From Leucoraja ocellata (Eukaryota), in assembly GCA_036785375.1 (NCBI GenBank), contig JAWMAR010000351.1:930001-994000 (forward strand): DNA of 64,000 nucleotides, written 5' to 3'. The notes beneath the pieces were generated by a model, which did not search any database, had not been told where the DNA came from, and saw only the letters and a list, made by a program, of their open reading frames with translations. Made by a program: the position numbers and the translations under genes. This document shows, in pieces, positions 1 through 12,730 of this stretch; position 1 is the stretch's first letter; every line of letters begins with the position of its first letter.

Positions 1-811
1 AAATAAACAATCTGCTGATAGTACATGTTGCAAGTTAGACTTCGCTAAGTATCCTCATCTCATCTACACAACTATCCACTCGTACACAGACAATGAACAA
101 TGATCTTAAAATCATTGCTATTCCAAGTCAAGGTAAAGCATTTGCACAAGCATATTGGAGTGTTTTCTCATATTTTCTTGGGGGACACATTGTTCCCCAA
201 CAGTACAGCTTGTAGTATATAGGTTGTCCTTCATGTTTGTGTCATTAAAAGATGTGCATGCTACTAGCCCAGTACATAAAACTCTGAGGTAAGTTGCCCA
301 AATACTTTATTGCATTACCTGTTGGCAAAATTGGAATCCAACAAAACAACATTGAACTGTTCTAAAATCAGGACCTGAAATAAGCCACTTCAAGTATATT
401 GGCAGATATAGAGTGTAACGAATCCTATAAAATGTAATGTGTATTTACTTTGATTCACCTTTGCTAATCGTTTTCATTGAAGCAACTAAAAGATGCTGCA
501 CATCAAAAATACCTCAGTGTGTAGACCCAGCCACTTCAAGATGCAGAAGTAATACATCAAATACCAAAAGAACAGCAGATACCTTACTTTAGGTTGTTGT
601 TGCTTAGAGTTTTGAGATATGAATGGATGTTAAGTGCAAGCGCATCTTTCCCAGAAGAATTTGAAATTCTGTTTTCACCGACCAACCCCCTAAATACTTC
701 ATTGCCAAGAATATCAAGAGCAATTATCTTCATTGTCCAGCCAGTGATAATGTACAAGACAAATTTATTTCTGGTCTTACGATATCCAAATTATTTATGT
801 TCTGCAATTAC

Positions 812-943
812 CTGGACAGCATCTTCACTACCAGCACAAGCCCCTCGGTCAATCAGCGATTTCCCCATGTCAATGACCCCACGGATTCTGTCGGCATTGG
901 CATGAAGCTCTGCTTCAAATGCTTGATGCTTCTGGTGTTTGCT
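812..943 (-). CDS. SPTAN1: SPTAN1 exon 39 (132 nt); gene continues beyond window start
   Basis: SKHQKHQAFEAELHANADRIRGVIDMGKSLIDRGACAGSEDAVQ; cag acceptor, gtaatt donor. Confidence 0.96.
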
Positions 944-1651
944 CTGTAGGGGAGTAACGCAACATTCACTACACAGGTCGCCAGCATTCAAAGATTCCTT
1001 CTGAGACCTTTTGTCACAACTACTACAAAGGTATTTTGTAGTAGTTTTAAAGTGATATGACTTTGTCCTGAAATACATCAAAATTATTTATTTCCTTGGA
1101 ATTCCAGTCTTTCCACTTTCTGTTTATAGTGCATCTCAGCTATATCAGAATTTTTGAATTATTTGTATAATTTGCAACAGCCAAATAAGTTTGTGTTGGA
1201 TCAGTTGTTAACGATGTTGTACCCAAGTTTTCTTTTCTAAGATTAGTTTTACCTCAGAAAGAAGATAACCCCTTCACAAGGTCTCAGAGGAAATCACAAT
1301 TGGGATTTAACAGTGAACACGGACACAAACCACACACTAAACATCACCAAATCCCAGCAACAAGGACATTCAATTGATTTAATTTATTTAGTATTAATTT
1401 AAAACCAAATACCAGATAGTTGAATCAGCAGAATTATCTGTTACACCAGACACACAAAAGACTATAATTGCCAGAAGCAACATTAATACGACAGATGCAT
1501 CAAATTAAAAAAAAAATCGCAAGACACTCAGTAAAACTGCAAGCAGTAAATGGAAAAGGTTATGTCTGTAAAACACAATCTAACAATTTCAATATTACTT
1601 AAAAAAGACAAGACATAATCCTGGGTTAGACAAAAGCCACCAATCACTTAC

Positions 1652-1666
1652 CAGCAGTTTGGATAG
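1652..1666 (-). CDS. SPTAN1: SPTAN1 15-nt microexon (LSKLL), exon 38
   Basis: tttttag|CTATCCAAACTGCTG|gtaagt; identical peptide to the known mammalian 5-aa alternative insert. Confidence 0.93.
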
Positions 1667-2074
1667 CTAAAAACAGATTAAGAGAAAAGATTACATCAAT
1701 ATTGAACGGTTAAAATATGAGATTCAATTACAATTTCCATTCATATAATACAAACAGGCCAAAAAGGATCTTCAGTTCAAAAGATTTATCTCAGAAAGGT
1801 AGGTCAGAGATCAGTGCTCAGAGCAGATAGTGTTTCCAAGTGTTAAGGCCATTAAGATGAGAAGTTATTGGGCAGAGGCCAAAGACCTTCCCTCAAAGGA
1901 GTAGTAGCGCTTTTTAAAGTTTTTATTTTAATCCAGGGAGTTCCTCTGCATCTCTGTTACTCCTTTGGTACAGCTACACCAAAGTTTCTAAACTGATAAC
2001 TGATCACTTAGCAGGGGATGCCTATATGCAAAGCTTGGGGCTCAGAGGAAGAGAACCATTTTAAAGTTAGTTAC

Positions 2075-2237
2075 CTGAATGTTTGTGGGATCTTTGTAAG
2101 ATTCATCAGTTGCCGTCTGAAGCTTCTCACTGATCCAGGCCTCGATTTCATCGACATCTCGGCTAAATTGCTGAAGGGTCTGTGATTCCCCAAGCTTTGA
2201 TCTTTTCTCAATCATCTGAGCTTTCAAGCGGCGCCAC
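2075..2237 (-). CDS. SPTAN1: SPTAN1 exon 37 (163 nt)
   Basis: [54 protein letters not shown]; tag/gtaact. Confidence 0.96.
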
Positions 2238-2399
2238 CTATCAAGGCATTGTAACAATGAGGGGAAAAAGACACACAAAATCCCCTCAGATGCACACAAG
2301 AGATTGAAATCTACACAGTACCTTTTTGTTTCCAAGAACTCCTTTCACATTTCAGGAGGTGGGAATAAAGAAATCATGGTATCCTGCTGTAAAAATCAT

Positions 2400-2960
2400 C
2401 AAAGACTAGCATGAAGGTATTGGTATATCGTAAGTGGTTAGAAAATGTGACAGGATCTTCTTATTTATAGTGAGGGGCATTGAATGCAAACATAGGGAGG
2501 TTTGGCTTTCATCATCTTGGGAATGAACAAGACCGCATCTGCGGTAATAGGTACATTATGATTTTTTTTTAACATAAAGAATGTAAATGGACTGGAACCA
2601 GTTCAGAGGTTTACTAGACTGACATCTGCAAAAGGCTTCAGATTAGAGCTTATACCTGGAGTTCAAAAAAATGAAAGCACACTACTTAAACATTACATTT
2701 TGAGAGATCTTGAAAGTGTGAATGTGGAGAGGATGTTGAGAAGTACAAATTACTTTTCAAAAAGGAGGGGTTGACCATTTCAGACAGGAGCAACACAAAG
2801 GTTTTTCTCCCTGAAGGTCAGAAGCCTTTCATACACTCTTCCTCTCAGGGCTATAGTAGAAGTAGAGTAAAAGACATACTAGTGGGGCAGGAGAATTGAT
2901 TTGAGGTTATGATATTGATGGTACATGATGGCACTGAATGGTGGAGCTGGCTAGAGGGAT
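2400..2960 (+). mobile_element. Degenerate CR1-like LINE 3' fragment
   Basis: Decayed CR1 RT C-terminal phrases (gttcagaggtttactagactga, gtggagaggatgtt, tttttctccctgaagg); no intact ORF; boundaries approximate. Confidence 0.55.
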
Positions 2961-3410
2961 TGAGCAAACCCACCTGTTTCTGCTTTACATGTATGCATGA
3001 TGCCAGGGAGGGGGGGGGGGGGGGGGGCAGCAAGGAAAATTAAGTTATGGATGAAGAGTGAAAGTACATTTGGAGACTTTGGAAGATTATGAGCAGAAAG
3101 TCCTTTAAAATGGTATGCTGCCTTGATTGGAACCAAGCTATTCGAACACAGAGGTGGACCCAGTGTACCCTTCAGCATTGCTGCAAACAGAAAATCCGCT
3201 TCCATCAAGAGATAGCTTCACTATTATTGGAAACATTCTGTGTTATTCTCACACTCGGGTTCACCTATGATTTAGCAATGCAGAACTGCTCCTGTTCAAA
3301 TCCAAGTGTTTGGTTATAGATGTAGCTGGATCACAAACCTATTTGTGATAGTATCAATGCCAAATACATGGGGAAAAAAATTCAAATTGCTGAATCTATT
3401 ACTTTTAAAT

Positions 3411-3671
3411 AATCAAACAAAGAAACACACAAAAGACAGTCGCAAAATGACAAAATACAAATCACCCAACCTCTATTAGCATCGCATCAAATGCTCTTAA
3501 CATTCTAAGATGCTTTTATGATAGAATGTTAAGAGGATTTGATGCGATGCTAATAGAGGTTAGGTGATTTGTATTTTGTCATTTTGCGACTGTCTTTTGT
3601 GTGTTTCTTTGTTTTGTCTGTATGTGTATTTTGTTATGTCAATAAATGTTGAGTTAAAAAAAAAATCAAAC
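3411..3671 (+). repeat. Fold-back insertion: 93-bp inverted repeat + AATAAA + A-tail, flanked by aatcaaac direct repeat
   Basis: Arms 3415-3507 and 3522-3614 are reverse complements with 2 mismatches; 14-nt loop; AATAAA at 3641; A-run from 3656. Confidence 0.9.
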
Positions 3672-3732
3672 TTCTTTGACCAGAAACATCAAAAATTGGT
3701 TAAATCAATATCTTGTACACTAAATCACTCAC

Positions 3733-3836
3733 CTATCTAATACCTCATTGCGACGTTTTGAAATATCTCCCTTTGCATAATGTTCTGAACCGATCAGCTG
3801 GTCAGCAAAAGCTTGCAGTGCTGCAATTTTCTCCTC
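3733..3836 (-). CDS. SPTAN1: SPTAN1 exon 36 (104 nt)
   Basis: EEKIAALQAFADQLIGSEHYAKGDISKRRNEVLDR; tag/gtgagt. Confidence 0.96.
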
Positions 3837-4574
3837 CTATCACAAGTAGAGAATGCAAACATGAGCCACATTGATGGCAGCTTCCAACCCAAAGCATGTT
3901 CAGATTTACACATGGCTATGTTCTATTGATCAGTGTTTGCAGGGTTGTCAAAGAATGCCATCTTGGTATTTAGTACTTTACTACTTTGGTAATAAAAATG
4001 TCACAACATTTACATCGAATATGGACTGCATTTTGTATTTTCTGGCAATTAATCACGACCTTTTCCGTTGGAATTCAAGTGGCCCAAGCATCATAACTCC
4101 ACGTATTTTTTTTACTTTGAGCCAGGCAATTTGAATTTTACGCCTTAGTGACTGAAATTTTACATACAATATCTAAATATTTTAGCAGCTGCAGAATGCA
4201 ATCAACAAGGCTTCATGCTAAATATGTAAATAGTTCTTAATGAAGGAGGTATGCTGAAAGAATAATCAAGAACAGAACAATCCTTATTGAAGATCAATTA
4301 TGTTGAAATATCCCGTTCTAGCCACTGGATGTCACTGTATTGTTAAGTAGGTAAAGTTTGCCCAAATCAAAATGGCTGAAATCCCCAGAGACAGAAATAT
4401 GTTTCTATCTAGAAAATTCTTAGTGATTACCAGAACCAGAAAATCAACTTCTTTTCTACATCATATAAAATTCTAGTTGCCCAACTTCCAGCATTTATGC
4501 CAGTGCACACTGGAATTCTCTTCCAAACGGCTCTACCTTACTTTATTTCTCTATTCATTCTCAAATGATCTTAC

Positions 4575-4882
4575 TTTAGTTTCATTTTTTTAGTTCAGAG
4601 ATACAGCGCAGAAATAGGCCCTTCGACCCACCGAGTCCGCACCAACCAGCAACCCTCGCACATTAACAATATCCTACACACTCGGGACAATTTACACTTA
4701 TACCAAGTCAATTAACCTACAAACTTGGAGTGTGGGAAGAAACCGAAGGTCTCGGAGAAAACCCACGAGGTCACGGGGAAAACGTACAAACTCCGTACAG
4801 ACAGCACCCATAGTCAGGATCGAGCATGGGTCACTGGCACTGCAAGCACTGTAAGGCGGCAACTCTACTGCTATGCCACTGT
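4575..4882 (-). mobile_element. tRNA-derived V-SINE (HE1-like)
   Basis: Reverse complement shows tRNA-like head, V-domain (ggagtttgtacgttttccccgtgacc..gtgggttttctccg) and CR1-like tail. Confidence 0.85.
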
Positions 4883-5435
4883 TCTTTTAAACATCTTTTA
4901 ATATCTGCCCACTCGAAGTGTCTTCACATTTTTCATGATTAAATGTGACATGCCTGCTTGTACATTATTCAATTATATAATAACAAAAATGCAGGAGTAG
5001 GCCACATAACCTGTCGCAAAAATTCTGCCATTTATTATGTGCGTGACCTCCTTCCTCAGCTCAATTTTCCTGCACTATTTCCTTGTTTGCCTTGATTTTC
5101 TTAATATCCAGAAATATTATTATTCATTTCAGTTTTAAAACTCAACAGTTGAGCCTGCACAATTCTCTGTACCAGAGAATTCTAAAGATTCATCACACTC
5201 TAAACAAAGACATTCCTCCTCAACACAGCACCATGTGGCCTACCCCTTATTGTGCGACAATGACTCCTGGTACTTGACGCTTTAGTCTGAGGCTGCCACG
5301 GTGGATTCAAGACTTAATGATATTACCTCTCATTCTTTTAAACTCTGGAGAAAACAGGCTCAATCTACTCAATCTCGCCCTGTACACTTTTTCTATAAAT
5401 TGTCATACTGCATCAGATTTGTTTCCCCAAATTAC

Positions 5436-5582
5436 CTGCACAGTAATAGCTTTATCAAAATCTTCATGTTTCTTGATGAGGGCTTCCACACTGTCCAGGG
5501 AATCACCTTTGTCGTCACTGGCTAAGAATGCCTCACGTGCTGCCATCCAATTCTCAGCTTGCTCACAGTCACGGTTAAACAG
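5436..5582 (-). CDS. SPTAN1: SPTAN1 exon 35 (147 nt)
   Basis: [49 protein letters not shown]. Confidence 0.96.
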
Positions 5583-5803
5583 CTGCAAAAGGAGAAAAAA
5601 ACTGTAAGTGCAATTGTAACTGTAACTGTAATTGATTACACCTTGTTCTAAATCTACGAGAAAATATTTACTTTTGTAGTTTTGACTAACAAAATGAATA
5701 CATTTCAACTGAGATCTTAACCACAGTAACAAACCTCCCTTCCACAGATTTAGTCTATCAACTATACAGGTAATTACTTGAAAACATAATGTGGTCTAAT
5801 TAC

Positions 5804-6001
5804 CTGCAACTCCAGACACTGATCCAACATCATTCTGCGCTGGATCCAGGCTTTCTCCAAATCTGCACGCTCATGCTCCAGGATATCCAGTTTCTCCCTA
5901 ATTTCAGGACAAGCATAGTGCCCACGAGCCAAGAGCTGATGTCCGAACTGTTCAAATGCCTGGAATGTGCCTGCCCTGGCATCAATCTCAGTACGGTGTT
6001 C
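5804..6001 (-). CDS. SPTAN1: SPTAN1 exon 34 (198 nt)
   Basis: EHRTEIDARAGTFQAFEQFGHQLLARGHYACPEIREKLDILEHERADLEKAWIQRRMMLDQCLELQ. Confidence 0.96.
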
Positions 6002-6422
6002 CTGTAGCGTCCCAAGGGCAAGAGTGAGAGAAATAAAACACAGTTAAGAGCAGTATTACCCGAAGAAGATTGTTTCATAGTTTGTCATTCCTCAATCAGC
6101 ATTTCTGCACACACACCATGAAATCAACGATTTTCTATTCTGCTAAAATAAAAATCATTGGAATCGGAAATATTAGCAAAACATATTGATGTATTTATCA
6201 GAAGATTGTTGTAGTTAGTAAAATAGTTTAAAAAAAAAAAAAACACTTTTCTTTCCAGAGAGAAAGTGCCCCACTTTAAGATGTTAAGTGTGAAAACTGC
6301 AATACTTTCTGGTACTGTTCCTTACTCAAGCAATGGAACTTTGGTAAAGTAATCCAGAAAACAATTTCCAATGATCATCCATCACAACTTTGGGAAAAGA
6401 ATCAGTTTAGATTTTTAATCAC

Positions 6423-6522
6423 CTGGTGTCGTTCCAAAAGGGCCTCTGCTCCTGTTACATCCTTGGCAAGTTCCTCAGAAGACACCAATCCTCGGATTCC
6501 ATTGATCCAGGACATAAGATCC
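6423..6522 (-). CDS. SPTAN1: SPTAN1 exon 33 (100 nt)
   Basis: [33 protein letters not shown]. Confidence 0.96.
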
Positions 6523-6705
6523 CTGTGAAAACAGTAATTGGTTGGGTTAACCATAACCTGCAACAGATCTTTCCTCAAGGTAAATACGAATGTTTTACAA
6601 TTCTTATCCAAGGAGGCAGTTTGAGTTTGTTGTAGGGTTCTAGTATGGGAAATGCAAGTTTCAACATCGTTATCACTTCCAATGTAAAAAGAGAAAAATA
6701 TTAGC

Positions 6706-6880
6706 AGTGGCTCAGCTACATCTGCAGCCTCAACTGTAGCCACCTGGGTTCCATCATGACCTTCTTTGTGACCTGGAGTTTGCACATTTTCCCTGTGCTA
6801 TTGTGTGTTCCTAACGGTAGACTATAGGAAGAGTTGAGAGCAAGGTGGGAAAAATAACATGGTCTTAGTATAGGATTATT
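6706..6880 (+). mobile_element. Degenerate V-SINE fragment
   Basis: cagtggctcagct...ggagtttgcacattttccctgtg V-domain-like motif. Confidence 0.55.
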
Positions 6881-7254
6881 TCCACACTGTGAAACTATGT
6901 CTCGGATAAACCAGGTCCAAGTTTCTTGAACACTGTGAGCAGTACCAAGTTTTAAGAAATGCATACAAGCATTGGAGGAAAGACAAAGATTTACCAGAAA
7001 ACAACATAGATTTTAAAGTTTAAATTATGCAAAATTACACAAACTTGGTTCATATTCTCTCAAATGTACACGGTTCAGGCTAATGTGAGTGAGATTTTCA
7101 AGTGCCTCGAGGGGAACAGAAATTGGAGAAATTGCAGAGAAGGATCCCGACCCAAAACATCATCAAACCACATCCTCCAGAAACGCTGCCTGATCCGTTG
7201 AGTTACTCCAGCAATTTAAAGCTTGTTTTTTTAAAGCTACAAGGAGAGTTTCGA

Positions 7255-7530
7255 CAAACTTAGTTTGTTTTCTCTGAAGCGTTGGAGGCAGATGGGAAAC
7301 CTGACTGGAGTATATAAAATTATGAGACACATAATTTTTCCTTGTATCGGAATGTCAAAGACTAGAGGACAAAGAGAGGGGCAAAGTTTAAAGGAGATGT
7401 GCGGGGCAAGTATTTTTTTTTAACTCATAGTTGGAACACGCACCAGGTCAGAGGAAATTAGTTTAATTTGGTATCATATTTAGCAGGGACGTAGTGGGCC
7501 AAATGGCCTGTTCCTATACTGTACTGTTCT
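7255..7530 (+). mobile_element. CR1 LINE 3' end fragment
   Basis: ttgttttctctgaagcgttggagg...actagagg...gggccaaatggcctgttcctatactgtactgttct tail. Confidence 0.7.
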
Positions 7531-7638
7531 ATCAACAATGCAGGTTGGTGTTCCAGTTATATATCTGTGCAGTGACAACATGTAAGAAAATAGCCACCAA
7601 CATGCACTTTACAAGAAAGTCTGGAGTTACCATGTTAC

Positions 7639-7820
7639 CTGAAATCACTCAAGAAACGCTGTAAGTCATGAGAATCGTTCAATTTTCCTTTACGCTGGTC
7701 AGCACGCTCCACCAGGTTAGTCCAGGCCTGATTCAGTTCTGTGCATTTTTCTTGGACATCCTCAACTGACTCAGGATGAGATTGAATCAATCGGTTTGCA
7801 GTTTCTCCCAGAGAATTCAC
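7639..7820 (-). CDS. SPTAN1: SPTAN1 exon 32 (182 nt)
   Basis: VNSLGETANRLIQSHPESVEDVQEKCTELNQAWTNLVERADQRKGKLNDSHDLQRFLSDFR. Confidence 0.96.
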
Positions 7821-8173
7821 CTGCATTCAACAATTAAAATTCGGTCAGGTAACAAATCCCACTGGAAAACACACAAAAATAAATTTTGGACCAGCATTTG
7901 ATGCATTAAGCTAAATCTCTGTTCCAGTATGAATTAGGATATACCTAATTTCTATGTATTTAGTTCAATTCTGATTTTAGAAAAAATAACGTTGAATTTG
8001 TACTGCTGCTTTAGGGTGGCATTTCTCCCTTTAAAATGCATCCTGGAGATTCAGTCAAATCAGACATTTACAAAAACAAGCCTGCTATTTACTATGGAAG
8101 TAACAGACCATTTTCAGAAAGAATTTAAACTAGGACATTTAATACAGACCAAAATTCCAAAATTCCAGCTCAC

Positions 8174-8318
8174 TTTATCTCCCAGAGCAGCAAGGTCCCG
8201 TTCAAATCCCTCATGTTTGCGCTGCAGGGCCTGAACACTTGCAAGGTCATGTCCATAATTATCAGTGTTCAAAGCTTGATTTTTCTCTTCGATCCATTCC
8301 TTGGTTTCATCAGCATCT
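8174..8318 (-). CDS. SPTAN1: SPTAN1 exon 31 (145 nt)
   Basis: [48 protein letters not shown]. Confidence 0.96.
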
Positions 8319-8499
8319 CTGCACAATATCAATACAAGTATTTTAAACCATTATTAATGATTTACTTGTACAGAAAAAACTATCGTCAATCTTACTCAAT
8401 TATTTAATTATAAATACTTTTGCAATTAAATGAAGTTAATTCACCAAAACCCATTTATTTCCTGCATTTCATTTATTTTAATCTAACACAGCTACTCAC

Positions 8500-8591
8500 C
8501 TGTGGAATCTCTGTACCTCGTGTGCACTTCCCAAGACCTGGCTGCGTTCCTCAGCCAGCTGTTGTAGGGACTTCCATTGTTCATTCAGTTC
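8500..8591 (-). CDS. SPTAN1: SPTAN1 exon 30 (92 nt)
   Basis: ELNEQWKSLQQLAEERSQVLGSAHEVQRFHR; cag/gtgagt. Confidence 0.95.
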
Positions 8592-8747
8592 CTGACAATA
8601 ATGGAAAGGTACAAATCAATAAAATCCACATAGACATATCACTGTAAATGTAATTCTTTCAATTATTTTATCTGTTATATTTTAACAATGTAGTTCAAGT
8701 ATCATCTAAATTGAGTTACTTGATTTATTAAAATTTAATTTCTGCTA

Positions 8748-9358
8748 GATAGAAACATAGAAAATAGGTGCAGAAGTAGGCCATTCGGCCCGTCGCGCCT
8801 GCACCGTCATTCAATATGATCATGGCTGATCATCCAACTCAGTATCCAGTACCTGCCTTCTCTCCATACCCCCTGATCCCTTTAGCCACAAGGGCCACAT
8901 CTAACTCCCTCTTAAATATAGCCAATGAACTGGCCTCAACTACCTTCTGTGGCAGAGAATTCCACAGATTCACCACTCTCTGTGTGAAAAATGTTTTTCT
9001 CATCTCGGTCCTTATCCTTAAACTGTGACCCCTTGTTCTGGACTTCCCCAACATCGGGAACAATCTTCCTGCATTCTAGCCTGTCCAACCCCTTAAGAAT
9101 TTTGTAAGTTTCTATAAGATCCCCCCTCACCATCTTCTAAATTCTAGCGAGTACAAGCCGAGTCTATCCAGTCTTTCTTCATATGAAAGTCCTGCCATCC
9201 CAGGAATCAGTCTGGTGAACCTTCTCTGTACTCCCTCTATGGCAAGAATGTCTTTCCTCAGATTAGGAGACCAAAACGGTACGCAATACTCCAGGTGTGG
9301 TCTCACCAAGACCCTGTACAACTGCAGTAGAACCTCCCTGCTCTTATACTCAAATCTT
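8748..9358 (-). mobile_element. Relatively young 5'-truncated CR1 LINE
   Basis: Frameshifted ORF2 C-terminus YRVLVRPHLEYCVPFWSP..IEGVQRRFTRLIPG / RGDLIETYKIL / TRGHSLRI..FFTQRVVNLWNSLP, then 3' UTR with tttctatg-type tail. Confidence 0.92.
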
Positions 9359-9689
9359 CATCTTCTCACCATCTCTACCCTTGCAGTGCAGCTACTTCTC
9401 CATCATGTTGCAAAATACATATGCATGCACAGAAAAATCATAAATTGATGCAAAGGGTTAACTTATAATACCAGAACACTACCTCACTATTATTCATAGC
9501 AATTTTTGGCACTCTGTTTCAAGACTGGTTTATTAACAAGTACGGATGAAGAATGAGAACTGGGCCACATGTGACAATAACCAAACTGACAGTTCAACCA
9601 GGCACTTCAACAAATGAGCAAAATACAAAAGTCTTGAGAAACACGCAGAAGAGGCAGTGACAGAAAGCAGGAGCTCCATCAGTTCTTAC

Positions 9690-9737
9690 CTTGATGGCAT
9701 TAAAGTTAGTCACCGCTTGTATCATCAGTCGCGCAGA
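9690..9737 (-). CDS. SPTAN1: SPTAN1 exon 29 (48 nt), calmodulin-binding part of CCC loop
   Basis: SARLMIQAVTNFNAIK (human SARLMVHTVATFNSIK); aattag/gtaaga. Confidence 0.93.
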
Positions 9738-10269
9738 CTAATTACAACGATGAGTCACAGCAGCGGAAAACCAAATCAGTCACGATCCATCAGTTAGTGA
9801 AGAGAAATGTTAAAATTAGAAATATCCCTATTTAGAACCACCATGGCATGCAAGAGACCAACATCAACAGCTATTCATTTAGAATTCATTTTCGATGGAC
9901 TGCATGAGAAAGTGCAGAATGGGAAATGCAAGTTACACCCCGCACCATTAACTCGTCCATATCAACAATTAATAAAGCCTTCCCAGGCCAAAGTTACAAT
10001 GAATTAAGAATCACAAACACCAGGTTAAAAAGGTACAGACAAGTATAATGATGAGATGAGAATAATGAAAGATGCAAGCTTTTCCACAAATAAAAGCGCT
10101 TCAAAGTATTTGCAAAACCAGTTAACAGTTTCTTAATTTTATCTTGGAAGCAAATAAAAATATTCCAGTTTGCTTAAGTTTACATTACTGCAAGCTGTAA
10201 CTTGGTGTTTAGTCATCAGGTGTTCCTTGACATCTTCCGGAAATTACACATTGGCAACCCTCTACAGAG

Positions 10270-10900
10270 TAATGGAAACAGGACATTGACCCAATTAATC
10301 TATGCCAACCAAGATGCCCCACAATGCTAGTCCCATTTGCCTTTGTTTGACCTATATCCTACTAAACCTTTCCTATCCAAGTAACTGTCCAAATGTTCTT
10401 TCAATGTTGTCATTGTACATGCCTCAATCATAGTGTGGCATCACCAATGTCTTGTACAACAGCAGCATAATATCCCAACTTCTATACCCAATGCTCTTAT
10501 TGATTAAGGCCAGCATGCCAAAACCTTTCTGCACCACCTTGCCCACCTGTTACATCACTTTCAGGCAACTAGGTACTTGTACACCTATACCTATAACACT
10601 TCTCAGGGCACTACCATTCATGCAAAATTCCGACGCTGGTTTAATTTCACGGAATGCAATGTTGCATTTATCCGAATGGAAAGGTATCTGACATTTTACA
10701 GTCGACTAACCCACTTAATCAAGATCCCATGGTAATTCTTGATAGACTTCTTCAGCGTCTCGGATACCACTTACTTTAGTGTCATCTGCAAACTTACTAA
10801 GTATGCCTTGTACATTCTTATTCAAATTATTGATATAGATGACAAACAATAACAATAAAAACAACCTTCCACCATCACCCTCTGCTTTCAAATAACAGCC
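10270..10900 (-). mobile_element. Degenerate CR1 LINE fragment
   Basis: CR1 tail near 10270-10420 and decayed RT region (gtgtcatctgcaaacttact = SKFADDT on minus). Confidence 0.7.
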
Positions 10901-11346
10901 AGTTATGTAGCCATGATAATGAAAATTAGTGAGAACAAGGCTGAAGAAAATCCTGTCAAGCTACAATCAGAAATGTTTAATTTGACACAACAATGTTATC
11001 CTAAAGGAATAGACTGATTGCCAGCAAGCTGCAGCTGATGTCAAAATGGAATTCATCAGTATTTCAGACTTTGCCGTTCATACCAGTATAAATTAAGCAA
11101 CAGGAAAAGCTACCAATATACAACTTTTAAAGACCAGTACAAAGAATAAAGCTATCCACTATTTTGTTTCCAGTTACTGTATAACAGTGGCCTAGGCCGA
11201 GGGCAGAGTTGAGAGGGTCTTGAAAGAGACCAAATCACAAGTGGTGTTATCAGATGGAATTATACCTTTTGGAAAATGAAAGAATTGCACAAATCAGGTA
11301 GCTTTTCAGGAAAATAGTGCAGGATCCATGAAAAGAAAATTCATAC

Positions 11347-11382
11347 CTTCCATGGCGATGCAGTTTTTGAATCAGATTCATC
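11347..11382 (-). CDS. SPTAN1: SPTAN1 exon 28 (36 nt), caspase-site exon of CCC loop
   Basis: DESDSKTASPWK (human DETDSKTASPWK); strong pyrimidine tract, tag/gtatga. Confidence 0.94.
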
Positions 11383-12730
11383 CTAGGGGAAAAAAAATTA
11401 CAAGCTTTTTAAGTGAGAAAATACAGATAATAAAATGTAAGATACACGTGCATACAAATCAATGCAGCCAATATATCAATATGGCATGAATCACAAAACT
11501 GTATGCAGCTTATGCCCAATATGGATTTAAACAAGATAGGAATTACAACAGAAATTCCCTTGCAATTACGTCAGTCAAATTCCTCTCAATACTATTTTTA
11601 TGCAGTATTCACGGTATTGCAGTTTTAAGATAAATACACAAGACAAATAGTAACTTTCCTCTTTTCTGTCTCCATAAAACTTTGGTCGAAACGTATTAAA
11701 TTTTGAAAAGAAAAATCACACCAGAGCAACTTTTCTCCCTTGTAAATGCACCTTAAATTGCAAAGATGCCAAAATAAAAGAGAATAAAACCCAGCAGGAG
11801 ATTGTAAAGCTAAAATCTAGTCCGATTATAAACTGCGATTATGACTTGACAAGTGATTATTACAACTGCAAATTAACGCACAATTTTAATGTCTTAAATT
11901 GGAGAAAAAAAAGCAATGCTCAAAACACGCAGTAGAGCAGTTTGCATTTCTTTTTGAAAACCACAAAACTGCATAGTGCTTTTGGCCTTTTTCTATTTTG
12001 CTAAATGAGGACCAATTCCAATGAAGTTCCACATTTACCTCAAATTTTCTACCCAGCTTTCCATGTTCCTCCTCACCACATTGTGCAGACCACTACACCA
12101 CTCCTAAATATCCCCAACTATATACATGAACCCCAAGTCTTAATACTACCAGATCCCAAGGCTTCAGTACACTCTCTCTGACTGCCCAGCACCCATCCCA
12201 AATTCCCCTCTCCACTGCTGGCCAAATCTTGATCCCCCATTCCCTTGCTCCACAAGCCATAGCATCGGTCTCCTCGCCTGCATTCCACTGAACCTAGTCT
12301 TGTCCCTATTTCTCTTCCACAATCTTTAACCATTTATTCACCCCCCATAACAATCCCCTATGACAGTACAAGGCTTCAATTCTATTCCAATCATGGACAT
12401 AGACTTGACCACTCCATCTCCACAGGCTACCTCACCATTCCTTTATTCCAAAGCCAGCCTCAGACAATACCTGGTCTTTGCACATGCAATTGAAGTTTGC
12501 AGCAAGGAAACTATGAACACCCCCCCCCTGCCCCAAAACAAAGAGGGTAATCAATGACCCAAAGAACTTGCAACGCACAAGAATTTCAATGCTCATGTCT
12601 CTTGTTTACATCAGTCTATAGACCAAAACTGTGCAGCTATAATTTACAGCCAAGATAACCACTGTTTACAGGATAACAATTGATATTTCCCCTTCATACC
12701 ATTAACTCATTTAAATATTGGGATTCTTAC

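Noticed and set aside
8839-9321. Functional reverse transcriptase gene
   Set aside because: 5'-truncated, frameshifted CR1 ORF2 C-terminus only
12118-12560. Purine-rich minus-strand ORF between CCC exons as an extra exon
   Set aside because: No convincing acceptor/donor pair and no spectrin similarity
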